From Microbotryum violaceum (Eukaryota): a stretch of 64,000 nt of DNA. The notes under the pieces were generated by a model. The model saw only the letters and a program-made list of their open reading frames with translations. It made no database searches and was not told the origin of the DNA. Shown one piece after another: positions 50,105 through 64,000 of this stretch. A program made the translations under genes and the position numbers. The stretch covers positions 1,240,001-1,304,000 of the forward strand of contig CDLV01000012.1 of assembly GCA_001244265.2 (NCBI GenBank). Reading direction: 5' to 3'. Position 1 is the stretch's first letter. Each line of letters begins with the position of its first letter.

Positions 50105-50698
50105 CGTGGGAAGAACGACGCCCGCAACGCGTTGAAAAAACCACGAGTCCGAAAGGAAAGAGGGTCCTCGCGTTCGCTCACAGCAGATCGCCGATCCAAG
50201 CTCAGATCGAAGCAAAACTAATCATGATCCATTTGGAGGGTGTAACCCCCCAGACGATACGTCGCGCGTCGAAGAAACTACATAAACCGGTTTTCCGGCA
50301 AAATTGTCAGACTCACTGCAAGCCTTTTCTGCACAGATCGAGTGGGACCACAACGGCCACAACCGCATGGAGGCCTGCCGCATTCCAAATAGAGTAGTAC
50401 GGATAACACGTGCAGATCAATGCCGAAAAGGTCGAGGCGCTAGACTCTATTTCCTTTCCTTTTTCCTACTTTTAATTGCACCATTTTGCTCGCTGCATTA
50501 GCTCATTTTTCTTTTTATTTCGTCGAGTTGGATTCTTCAAGACGAACCCTCCGGCACAAGCCAGCCCGGCAGGGAGCCGATGTCGTACCCGGGTCCCGGG
50601 CGATAAGCCCTGCTTGGCCCATTTAAACTCTCAAAATCTCATGATGATCATCGACGTTCATTCGCCAAACAGAATTACGAAAACAAAAGGTCCCTCGC

Positions 50699-52509
<1,811 letters not shown>

Positions 52510-53273
52510 CTCGAGGGTAGAGATGGGGGGCAAAGGTAGGAAAAGAGTCGAGGAGGAGGTGTCTAGGGTCGTCTACGCTGTGCGGACGGGGGCGATGACG
52601 CGTGCGTGGGGAGAGCGCGAACGACGCGGCGAGCGGCCTGCGCCTAGCATACCCAGACCAGCCAGCCGCCTGCGCCTTTTGCAAGTGGGCGCACGGACCT
52701 GTCCGGGAGTTCGGACCGAGGTTTGACCGCCTCCCGTTGTCGTGCGCCATCTTTGTTCCCATCGCTCGCACCGTCGCCACATCACCAGCCTCGGCTGCGT
52801 GTGTGATCAGCGTGATCGAACAAGCACAACCATGTGGCCTTCACTTGCCAACCCAGAGGCGAGTCATTCTTCTTTGAAGCATGCGGACTGGTTCGTTCCG
52901 GTTCGATCGCCCGCTCTCGACTGAGTACTGAGCGCCGAGCGTTCCCGAACACAACGATGGGTGTTCAATCACCGCACAATGGGTGCTCGATTACGCCTAG
53001 ACGTCCTTGTCGAGCTCGGCATCTCATCGTGACAGTGGTTTCCACCAGTCCCTCACACCAGCCCTGCTCCAGGCATCAGGAGCGTGTGCTTGCGGGGATC
53101 GCCGGCCTTGGCTGTTCCTGTTCGAGATGACTGGTGACTTCCTCGGACGGCCGGGACCGGGGCTGGTGGGGGTCTGTCCGACTACTAGGTCACTTCTCTT
53201 TCCACCACCTCGACACCGGAAGCCCATCACGGTGCAGTGCATGGGAGCTGACCTTTAGACCATCACTCTACAG

Positions 53274-55446
53274 ACGCTGGACACCTGGAAAGTGCAGTAT
53301 CGACACAAAGTCGTGCTCATACTCCTCGTCTACCTCCTCATACCGGCCGCTCCAGGCTCAAATCGGCCGGCGCCCTATACGGATCTGCTGGGCTCCAGCC
53401 TCTCGTCTTCTGTGGATGCCCTTGACCATGCACCCTCAGCGATCGTCAGTTCGAGCAACTTTCAAGTGGATCCCTTGGCAGGTCGCTTCGAGCCTCGAAG
53501 GCATGATCACGTGCTGCCCCAAGAGCCTTCGGCCGCGCCCCTCTCGATCCGCGATTTACCTCATGACGAAGCGGACAGGCACACGTTGCCCATCAATCTC
53601 AGGAAATCGACCTTCATGCTTCAAGAAGCGACCGAGAGCACATCTTTATCTTCTCCCTCACCGTCGGATTTACCTTCACCGGCCGCAACGCGCGCCGAAG
53701 ATTCTGCTTCGATATCTGTGCCCGGCTCCTCCTCTTCTTCTTCACCCGCATTGTCCACGGACGAATCCGAATGTCCCATCGACTATCGAGGTCGGTCCAT
53801 GTGCCCCGGTGTCGAACGCGAGCACCCGTCCTTCTCGGCCCGTTCCGCCGAACTCTCCTCCGAGTTCGCGGACGCCGTCCATGAATTCGGACTGTGGCTC
53901 CTCTCGCAATTCCTCTCATTCCGCATCACTTTCTCACCTTTCAAACTCTTCGTGCTCATCATCCACGCCCTGTCGGTCGTTCAATTGGTCGCGCTCGTCG
54001 TTGAAGATTCGATCATTCGAACGACCTTGGCGAATCCGATGCCACCGCCTTTCCCGAGCGCGGCAAATTCCTTCTCCAAGCGCATGAGTCGGTATAGGTG
54101 GAGACTTGAAGCGACCTGGAGCAGGTTCTGGAAGTCCATTCTCGTGTTGGGGTTGTTGTTGGTGGGTGGGACGGCTGTGATTCGAGAGGGACAGTGGGGT
54201 CCGAGGAATGCAAAGAGAGGAGGGTGGGATGATGTACCGTTCGCGCAGTGGGTGCTCCCGGGGGTCATTGAGGTTCATGAGGGGGTCAGCAAGGGGCCTT
54301 TAAGGGATCTTGTACTGCTTGAGGTGAGTCGCAAGAGTTCTGCGATCGAGTGGTTTCTTTTCCTAATATTTTTGAATACCATTACAGGCATGTGGCTTGA
54401 TGCTCTGTCTCTTACAACCGCTCAAGCATCTCATTCCAACCTCGATACTTCCCTCCACCCTCCCACCCCCCGCATCCCTATACCCTCCCATTCACACCGG
54501 CCCCTCTTCCGATTCTTCCCAGCGCAAACCACAGCATCTACCGCCCCAACTCCAACTCGACACCTCATGGCTCATCTCTCTCTTCGTCGATGTGACACTA
54601 TCACTCATTACCCTCCTCCAACTTCTTCGCTGTGGGCTCCTCCTCGCCACCGTCTCCCCTCTTACGATCGCACCGCATCTGCTGTTCCATACGGCCAGGG
54701 GAAGGGTTCACGCTATCGTTCAAGCGAGGATGACGCTCTTGAGAACGATCGAATGTCTTTTCACCGTGTTCAAATTGTTTCCCGAGGAACAGGACACGTC
54801 TCCCACTTCCACGAACAAGACCTCATTGGAAGGATCAGACGATTCCGAATGGGTTTGCACGATTTGTTTCGAAGGGACTTCCGTCGAGGAAGGCATTGAT
54901 CCCAAGGCTGAGTCAACGACAAGTGGGGGAAGTGGTGACGATCAGATGGTCGCGAGAGGTCCTATGATGACCGTTAGAGCCAAGTGTAGGCTGCCATGTG
55001 GACACAAATGTGAGTCCGGGAACGAGCTGCTCCGAACACGCCGCTCGAAGGAACTAATCCACCCCCTCGAAACGTTTTTATCGCTCTTTTTCTTCTTCGC
55101 CGCATGCTGGCCAGACCACGCCGGTTGTCTGACCCAATGGTTCCACCACCAAACGTTTTGTCCATGCTGCCACGTACCTATCTCCTCTTCCACACCTTTA
55201 TCCTCTCCAGCGAATTCATTACCGGGTTCTCCGAGGTCAGGAGGAGGTGGGCGGAACGGTGGGGCTTTGTTCGGACTGCCACCATTGGGGGAAGAGGAGG
55301 AGGATACGAGTGATTTGTACCCCGCTCAGCTGAGGATGGGAACGAGGACTGAAGAGATGGAAGATGTGAGATTGAGGAGGAGGGTCGTGGATGTTGGACC
55401 TCCCGATGAGGTTGAAAGGGAGCACGTTCCAGGCGAGGTAGCCTGA
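53274..55446 (+). CDS. Membrane-associated RING-H2 E3 ubiquitin ligase (5' end unresolved)
   Basis: CTICFEG..CRLPCGHK|YHAGCLTQW..CPCC (RING-H2) with several hydrophobic segments upstream. The frame is closed by a TAG just 5' of the CTACAG acceptor at 53273, so an upstream exon must exist. Confidence 0.8.
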
Positions 55447-55766
55447 CTTGGGGTTAGGGCGTATAGCTGTTTGCATGCGTTGGCTTTTTGTTTGTTTGTC
55501 TGATGGGTCTTCTCATCTCGTGTGTGTGTCGCTTGTTGTTGTTGATTCGGCTTTTTTGAGTTTTGTGGTGTGCAATCAGACGATTTTGTGGCTTGTCATC
55601 ACGAGTTCATCACGCGCTCGCAGTTGAAAGCGGGCCCCCACAGTTGTGAGCGGGGATTCCCTTTTTCACCACTCTTGAGCTCCAAAGCGAGCCCCAAAAC
55701 CCCCACGACCAACCCCTCCTCCTGTACGTCGACCCCGATCCGGCCCCCCCCCCCCCCCCAAGAACC

Positions 55767-56801
55767 ATGTCCATCAAACGCATCATAGCCACGACTTCCA
55801 ACTCTGCCACCACCTCCACTTCCACTGCCACGTCCCCCTCTTCCTCCTCTCTGTCCGCCTTCGCCTCCTGCACGACCTACATCCAGTCCTTACCCCCTAC
55901 CCTACCCAACAATACCAAACTACATCTCTACGCTCTCTACAAAATTGCCACTTCATCCCCTTACCCTTCTACTCCCCGTCCCGCAATTTGGGATTTCTCT
56001 ACGAGGGCTAAATGGGACGCTTGGAATGAGTTGGGTCGAAATCAAGTTGCGTTCTCGATGGGTGGGGAAGAGAGTAGGTCGAATGCGATGGAGGCTTATG
56101 TTGAAGAAGGGATGAGGTTGGGATGGAGACCTGATCGAGGGGTGGAGGAATTGGAGAGGGAGGGTTTGGACGTTCCTGAGGGGGAGGTGAGCAGTGCGGT
56201 TGAGGGGAAGGGAAAGAAGAAGGAAGGGAGTGGTGGGGGTTCGGGTAGTGCGATGGTCAAGGTTTCGACGATGTTGAGTCAGGAGAATGAAGAGGATGAT
56301 GACGCGTCAGTTTTTTAAATCGGTGAAACGAGTCAGCCTCGAGCGACAATCTCATCGATTGAAAAATTCCTCCTCTTTTCAGCCCTAAATCACCTCTCCA
56401 CGAACTCGCCCTCGACGGCGACGCCACAAAACTAGAAGTCTATCTCCAACAAAGAGCCAAAGAAGATCTCAACGTCGATGAACTGGATTTTTACGGTTTC
56501 ACACCGATACACCTTGCCACGGACCGAGGTAGGAGTGAAGCTAGCAAAATTGCTCGGAGGTTTTCATGGAGGAGACCTGACCAAATTGATATCACTTGTA
56601 CACAGGTCATTTGGACCTTGTCAAGATCTTGCTTCGGTATGGGGCAAATAAGAATATACCTGTAAGCTCAACCCTTCTGCTAAACTTCTCGACGAAGTAC
56701 GAATTATCGAACCTTTCCTCCATCAGGACCAAGATGGGAACACGCCGCTCCAACTCGCCGAGATGGCGGGCCACGACGAATTGCTCGAACTGTTGCGGTA
56801 G
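55767..56801 (+). CDS. Acyl-CoA-binding domain + ankyrin repeat protein (ACBD6-like)
   Basis: KLHLYALYKIAT..PRPAIWDFSTRAKWDAW..AMEAYVEE. Ankyrin repeats: SPLHELAL, GFTPIHLATDRG|HLDLVKILLRYGA, DQDGNTPLQLA. Confidence 0.92.
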
Positions 56802-57278
56802 TAGAAATACTACTGTCTGCTTCTGAGAATTGTGCAATGTATTTCCTTATACCCAACTCAGTGAACGAAGCATCCCATCGCTCCTTTTAGCGAGCTCGAC
56901 GACCAGTGATCAATCTCTGCTCGGTCCCGGCGCCCGGGTCAGGTTCAACGACGGGAGTGTGCTCAATTTTCAAGCAATGTCGTTTCAATACGAAAAAGAA
57001 CAAAATACTCGACCCACTACTACGTAAAACTAAGCCCGTCCCAAGACCAAACACGCTCAACCACATAAGCGAGCATGCCAGTGAGAGAAAACGCTGGGGT
57101 ACTCGAAACGAGGTGAAATAAAACGGCAATAACATTCTACGAGTATACAAGAACGACTGCATGCGATGTGAGGGTTGAGTTGGGGTGTCGAACGAGGTGT
57201 GATGAGACGAGAAAAGGGCGTAGATGGGGAAGGAAAGCCTATAAAGAAAGAGCAAGAAAACTTCGTGAAGCAAGAAAG

Positions 57279-57280
<2 letters not shown>

Positions 57281-57320
<40 letters not shown>
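57281..57320 (+). repeat. (AG)20 microsatellite in the G-alpha 3' region
   Basis: Read directly from the sequence. Confidence 0.97.
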
Positions 57321-57322
<2 letters not shown>

Positions 57323-57388
57323 TGTCAAGAACAACCCCAAGAGGAAAACGAAAACGGGAGGATATAAGGTTGCCTGAGAGGAAGCGCA

Positions 57389-59634
57389 TTATAACAAACC
57401 GCAGTCACGAAGGTTGACTTGGATGACGATATCGTTCACGGCCGAGAGCACGAACTTGATTTGGTTTGTGTCGGTCGCGCAAGTGAAGTGTGTCTGTTTT
57501 GAGCGAGATAGGGGGGGAAAGCTCGTCAGCTCACCCGACCAAGGTAACTGGTCAACCTTGAGATTGTACTCACGTAAATCTGTTTCGCGGAGCTCTGGTT
57601 CAAGCCGACGAATCGACTGCTAAAGTAGTCGCACGCAGCTTGCAAGTCGGCCCCACCGGTGTAGTCGGGGAAGAAGTTGGCGACCGGCGATCGCGGCAGC
57701 TTCTCTCGGAATAGATCGATCTATTTGCGACGGGCTAATTGTGAGCTGACGAGATTCGGGATTCGCTCGAGAGTATGGAGGAGCGGAAACCCACCTTGTT
57801 CAAGAAGAGGATGATGGAAGTCCGTACGAACCAGCGCGAGTTGCAGATCGAGTCAAAGAGCACCAGCGCTTCTTGCATTCGATTGATCGATTCTGCAACA
57901 ACCACTGCATGTCAGCGCCTTGAACAGCAAACCAAGGTACAGCAGCTACACTCACCATCTTCATACAGCATCTGATCGTACTCCGAGATCGCGACGAGGA
58001 ACACGATCGCGGTGACGTTCTCGAAGCAGTGGATCCACTTTTTCCGTTCGGACCGCTGCCCTCCAACGTCGAACATGCGGTACTTGAGCTCCCCGATCTC
58101 GAAGTTCGTTTCTGTAATACCTGTTGTCTTGACACGGGATCGCAGCACATCTTGAGAGAGCATGGAAGCAAGCACGTTCGTCCGGGGTCAGTTCTAACCT
58201 TCTTTCGATGGGCATGCACCTGCGCCTGAACCTACCTTGGTCTGAAGGCATGTAGTTTCTCGACCCTATTCGTGCGATCGAATCAAAGTAGCTGAACACC
58301 CAAACATCACAGTCAGTATCCGGACAGACGCGTTCGAAGAGGCAACCGCGGGGCGTGTGGGAAGACTGACTATTGAGCCGAATCATTCAACTGGTACTCC
58401 CGACTCCTCCCAAAGCATTCCTGCACGCCAGCGTCCTTCCACAGCTCCATAATGGCCTCTGTCACTGCCGTGTCGAGGTAGTCGGCCTCGATTTGGTGCG
58501 GTTGCGTCATGATCACCTCCGAGTACCGTGCGCTCGAGGATGATGACAAAGGGATCCCCATCGCGTCCATCGCGTCCAAGATGACCTGCGCAACAGAGAA
58601 ACGCGAGCAAAAACGTTCCGAGTCAGATGACCATGCGCTACAGATGGGAATACTTTGACTCGGGGGTTGGCAACGAGACATCGATTCAGGAGATCGATGG
58701 TCCCAACAAGTGGAGCCAACGCAGGTTCCGGAGGAGTATGATGCTTGAATGCGTGGAGGGTGGTACTCGTGATTCGTGGAGCTACTCACATGCATCGACT
58801 GAACCGTGTTGCTATAAATGATCTCCTTGTAACTCTCTCGCTCCTTGTCCGAGTAGGTTCCCTGGTGAATGAGCTTCATCTGCTTGAGGATTGTCGACTT
58901 GCCCGATTCACCTGCACCGAGCAGCAGCATTTTTCTAGTGGGTCGGAAGAATTGGTCGCATGTCAGTACAGATGTCTCAATCTCAATGTAGTTTTAGAGA
59001 TTGGGAATGTCCCTCGAAAGGCCCGTCCGCAGCCGCGTGGGAAACGAGTTCGGCCACTGGAGTAGCCCCTTGCGATTGCCAAGATCGAGGCTGGGCCGAA
59101 CGAGTTTTGCCGAGCTCGACGACCGGAGGCGGGGCCTGAGCACACGACTCACATCTCATTCCTGGAGGGCGGCGACAGAGTGGGTGCAAGGTCAGTGAAC
59201 TGATAGTCTCGCAGTCTTTTAAGTGATGTGTTCCATGTATGCCAGGCGGAGGCGGAGGCGGTGGCGGTGGCGCTGCTGTGCGTCTCGAGCACTTCATAAC
59301 GGAGGAGCACTCTCCCGAGTGTGAGCCGCCCGGGAAAAGGGCGTGGCCAGCGCGAGCCAGCCCAGACAAGGGAGGCTGATCGCGCCTCGCCCCGCACGAG
59401 GGAACGACAGGGCGACCACGCCACGAACGCATCGACCGCAACACGACCACCACAGCTCATAAAACCACTTGGCCAACCCACGGAACAAAGACCGGAGTCG
59501 TTCCTGGTCCCCCTGACCGATGCAGTAGGAAGATCGACGTACCTCATCATCATTCTGTCCTTCTTCAACTGGGCGTCGATCGCCTCGTTGCGCTGCTTGG
59601 CCGACGAGTCCTCTTTCGATCCACCGCACCCCAT
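57389..59634 (-). CDS. Heterotrimeric G-protein alpha subunit, fungal class I (Gi-like)
   Basis: MGCGGS (myristoylation/palmitoylation), [47 protein letters not shown]-terminal NLRDCGLL*. Needs a 9-nt micro-exon at 59161-59153. Confidence 0.96.
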
Positions 59635-61722
59635 CTCTGGCTCTGGCTCAGGCGCCCGGCGGTCAAGAGTAGCGTCCGCTGAGGGGGTCGACGTCGAAGG
59701 CCGTTCAATTCGGTGCGCGTGTCGGCGGGCGCTTCCTAAGGCGGTAGGTCGAGAACGAGTGCTTGGGAGGGGTCGGGACCTGCCGTTCGAGAGGGTAGAA
59801 GACGATAAGCTGTTGCAAAGAAGGGGGCCGGGAATGGGTTCGACAAAGAGGGCGAACGACGGGGCCTGTGGGTAGATCACAGAGGACCGGTCGGCCGCTA
59901 CCAGCCGCTACCCATGCCAGCGCACCGCCAGCGCGTGCCCTGTTTGTCTGGCGGGGGTTTTCATGACGGGCGAGGGTAGCCTCAGCGCGCTCAGCGTCTG
60001 TGGTCTTGTGGGGCCACGGGGCCACACGGGCCACGCGCGTGTGCAACGAGCGATCAAACGCGCGCACAAGCAGGCACGCCAATTTACCGGCCATTGTAAT
60101 TGATCACCGCCGTCTGGTCGGTAACGCACGTACGTCGTTCCATGGGTGGTGTACTGTCCCCATGCGGACCTATTTTGTAGTTGGACAGCGCCTCACAGTC
60201 AACTACACAACCGCTTTCCGGGCGAGTGAACTTTCGCCGTTCCCCTTTTAATGCGCCGAGCAGCGCTTGCACCCGGCCGGACGGCTCCGGTCCAGCATAA
60301 TTGTAAGCTTAAGACACAATCTCAACGACGGTCACGTGTGTATATACATAACTTGTAAGATGAACATGCTTCGAAACTCTACTAAATAAGCTAAACCATC
60401 GCATTGTTCAGCGGTCGCCGCCGGTCATCAGTAGTAGTAGAAGCGCATGGCAGCTTAAAGCCAAAACTCGGGAACGACTCCAAAAATATCGCCTCATCGC
60501 AGATCTCCGCTAAACACCGACGACTTCTGAAGGCTGTGCATTGTGCAGGTATCGTCTCTTACTTTTCGACATGGGACAAAGGGAAGATCTACAAAGCAGC
60601 GTTGAGCAGTCCGCCGCCGCACAGGACCGTGTAGGCAAATAACCCGAGCAGATATCCGCGCCGGCAGATCATCCCGGCCGCTAGACCCGGCTGGCTTGCT
60701 CGTAGACGCTCGTGTCATGACATCGTTTTCCGACACCACTACTCACACTCGGACTCCCGCGTGCGATCGACCTAAAAGAGTGGTCTCGGTGAACACCGTC
60801 GTTTGCAAACTCCTGATAAGTTATAACAAGGGCAAACTTATCCGGCCCAAATCTCGCAAGACGAATGACATCAAGGATTAACTAATGAAGGACCTTGCTC
60901 CGGTACGCTGCGGCTCGAGCTTCATCATAGGAGGGCCCAAGCGCACTCCGCGTAAGGCCAAATGCAATCTGGGACACAATCCACGCTCGCTCACTCCGAG
61001 ATTTGGCAGCTTTCCCCAGTGTCAAAGGGGGCAGCAAGATCAGGCAGGAAAACGTGTCCTGAGCGTCTCATCAACTTCAACTTCAGTTGACGATGCTTCT
61101 TGTTTGGACAAAGGTCTTGAAGCAAAATACACCGAGAGTTGGTATTAATAGCTGGCCACGGGTTTCGGTCCGCCGCGAGCGCCTCAAAGCAAAGTTAAGG
61201 TTTTGACTGGACCTCGGTCTATGCCGACGACCGAAAACGTAATCGAGGACTTGCCGAGGCTAGCCGATCCTGCTTCCACGCCATAGTAGGCAAGCAGGCC
61301 TCTCAGGTAGATGATACAGACACATGACCAGCATCGCAATACATTTGTTATACACTGTTGCTTCCCTGAACCGTCTAGGCGAGAACGAACGTGGAAGAGA
61401 GGTGAAAAAGGAAGGTGACCGGTGACTGGCAAATTCTTCCGAGAAGCGAGAAAGCGAAACAAGAGAGGTGTGAAATGTCGTACAGGACAGCGATATGAGT
61501 CTTGTGATAACATGGTCGCTATGATTAAAGTGATCCTATTCATCGAGAAAAGCGAATGGCCTTCGAGGTTGGTCGACACCGACGAGTGGGCGTCGGTGAG
61601 AGGCTGGTGTGGCCAACGGTAGGGCATCGCGCTGAAGATCAAAAGGTGATGACGGCGGTACGGTACCACAAGTCGGAGAACTAACAGCGATGTAACCACC
61701 TTTTGGTTACGAATGCCGCAGG

Positions 61723-63973
61723 TCAAGCGTCGGGTTTGCGTCTGAGAAGAATGATCTGCACCTCGAGCTCGAGAGGGTGCGGGCCTTCTTCTTCAAGCTT
61801 CTCCTGCAAGTAGAAGGATACACATGCCTTTATCAGTGCTCCACTCTCTTTACTCCTCAAGAAGAATGGGCTGTACGCACTTTGACGACATTCCAGAGGC
61901 AGTCGAGCGTGAACTCGCACGCCGCCCGGGAAACAAGGGCCTCACGCATGATCGACCGGATTTCGGATTCCCAAAACACCTTGAGCAACTGTTTGTTAAA
62001 GACATCGGAACGTCAGGACTCAAAAAATTGGCGTTTCCTGAAAAGATCGAGGTTCTTACCTGAATTGATTGATCGGCGTACGACGCCGGGGACACCGTCT
62101 CGTGTTTCAACCCGGCCCAAGCAGGATGGGACAACTTGACGATCTCTTCCGTCTCGACGTCCCAAGCATGCTGCATCGACTTGAGCACGGCCTTGGACTG
62201 CTTCGGCGTCCGCGGATGGATCGGCAACGCGAGCAACTGTCGAGCGACTGCAGGTTTGAGTAATTCCGTCGATACGAGGCGTTGGATCGCCAGGCTGAGG
62301 ACGCTGGTGAACACCTCCCAAATGTCCTTCCGCAGGGTGGGGACCACAGGCGTGGTTGCTGATCGATGGCGCAGCGAAGGACGAGACGACTCGAGCGAGG
62401 AAGACACGGAAGCCGGGTTGAACCCCTCGGGATCCGAGCTGGCCGACACAATTGTCGGTCGCGAAAGCCCTTCACCGCCTCCTCCGATTCGAGCCGCAGC
62501 CGAAGGGCCTCGATTGAGCCCGCTCGCTGCCTTGTCCTCCGATCGAGCGATGTACGCAAGGGCAAGCAGACCACCGGTCTTGAACTCGGTCGCTCGCGCC
62601 GACAAAAAAGCCATCAACTCGCCATGGGCGATACTCGCCGGGGCCATACGATACTTGCGATCGGTGCTGAGCCAATGCAAGGCCATCGCCGAGAATCCAA
62701 AGGTGACGGACTTGCGCGGCATCACTTTGGACCCGAACGGCCGCGTAACGAACGACAAAAATACCTGGTTCTCCAACGACGGTCGATGCTCGCTCAACCA
62801 GTGCGCGTTGAGGTACGAGTCCGACGACGTCTCGAGCAATTTGGCGAGCGGTCGAAAATCAGCTTCTAGTCGGTCGGCGTGCGTGATCTGGAACGAAAGC
62901 GCGTCATCATCTCCACCGACGTTGGGTCCCTTCTCCTTGCGCAGCAACTCGTGTCGAATGGCCAAATTCGAGATGACGGCGGGGAACAATGAAGCTGAGC
63001 GCGAGTTCATCGCCCCGTACTCGACCATGTGAATGACCTCGTCCTCTGCCGAGAGTGGCACTCGGTCAATAGCCTGACTTATCGCCGCAGCGAGTAGTTC
63101 CCTCGTCGCCGGACCAAAGTGCCCTCCTCCCGACCCAGCCATCAAATCGTGATTGTTGACACGTTTGCCTCCATCGACCGGGGATCCAGCGCTCCTCGAC
63201 TGGGTGTGATGCCCTAGTGGCATGCGCTGTCGTTGAGGAGCGGCGGTCATGTCCTGCAGCGACATGAGATCGTCGGCCATGCCTTGCTTCGAACTGGTCG
63301 CGGCCCTCGTGGCCGCAGCGGCGGACTCGCCTTGCGGGAGGCGGTAGTCCATGCTGGCGTAGCTCATGCTCGAAGCCGCGACCCCGAGCACGTCGTGCCA
63401 AGCACCGGTCGAACTGAAGATGGAGTGTCGACCGCTCTCCGAAACCGACTCGGGCGGAGTCAGGGGCATCTCGTTGGCTCGCGACAATGATGTGCTGCGC
63501 GACGACGACGAAGTCGAGGTTTGATACGGTGGAATCGATGCCGAAGGCGATGATCGATCATAGATGGAGACAGCGTGACCGCGGCCCCTCGCGCGAGGTC
63601 CGCCACTGTCGGGCTGGATGGGTGGGGAAGGCAGAGCCTGCAAGCGTCGAGGCAGCGACGTTGGCGGCGACTGCGACATGGACAACCCACCATCGTGGAA
63701 CGACGACGTCGTCGAAAAGGGTGAAGCGGGAGCCGAGACGGCGTTCGTCGACGAAGCCGAGCTCATGCTGATTGGAGAGGGGCCAGCCCCAGGGCTCGAA
63801 GACGGAAATGGGAAATCGCCTTGCAATCGAGGCGAAATCAAGTCAAAGCCAAAACCAGCTCCAGAGCTCCAGTAGTCGTCCGAGGTGATGTACGAGTTGC
63901 TCAGCGGTGACGGGAGCGTCGGCACGTAGTCTTTGCGGTTCGCCGAGCCGCCGGACGAGACTGCACCGGGCAT
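61723..63973 (-). CDS. SABATH-like (SAM-dependent carboxyl methyltransferase fold) protein with long disordered N-terminus
   Basis: IHMVEYG, FQITHADRLEADFRPL, PFGSKVMPRKSVTFGFSAMALHWLS and LMAFLSARATEFKTGGLLAL parallel SABATH motifs. Two 3' introns give ...PLELEVQIILLRRKPDA*. The start could lie beyond the window edge. Confidence 0.72.
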
Positions 63974-64000
63974 GTCGACCTGCCGCCTGCTCGACTCGAC

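Noticed and set aside
59900-61700. Short ORFs between the G-alpha and SABATH-like genes
   Set aside because: No motif, signal peptide or splice structure could be established.
62136-63032. 298-aa plus-strand ORF
   Set aside because: It is the antisense shadow of the SABATH-like CDS, with no recognisable domain.

Overview
Intron-rich fungal genomic DNA. The GT-AG introns with CTRAC branch points and the gene content point to a basidiomycete, most resembling Microbotryomycetes such as Microbotryum (inference). About 19 intact spliced genes can be reconstructed: an RDS2/AcuM-like Zn2Cys6 factor, Ubl-BAG co-chaperone, DUF2237, ELF1, SWS1, PPG1, a membrane protein, OsmC-like protein, RhoGEF-BAR-SH3, complex I NUZM/21.3 kDa subunit, ChAPs/BCH1, a large low-complexity protein, hexokinase, LCB3-like phosphatase, RPT6, a RING-H2 ligase, ACBP-ankyrin, a class I G-alpha and a SABATH-like protein. 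Decayed accessory blocks lie at about 1-3.1 kb, 7.8-10.9 kb and 13.7-19.1 kb and hold an SDR pseudogene, an MFS relic, kinase-like relics, and copia and gypsy fragments arranged as a large palindrome. The two most notable observations are: (1) a tandem array at 41.0-44.4 kb of signal-peptide-bearing, Cys-containing, divergent ACBP-fold proteins (two further intact genes, one relic, duplicated promoter) that look like a secreted lipid-binding effector family; (2) a BAG gene whose spliced frame extends about 120 codons upstream of its first AUG to a CUG in strong context, adding a hydrophobic segment. All identifications come from manual translation and motif recognition; no database searches were run.
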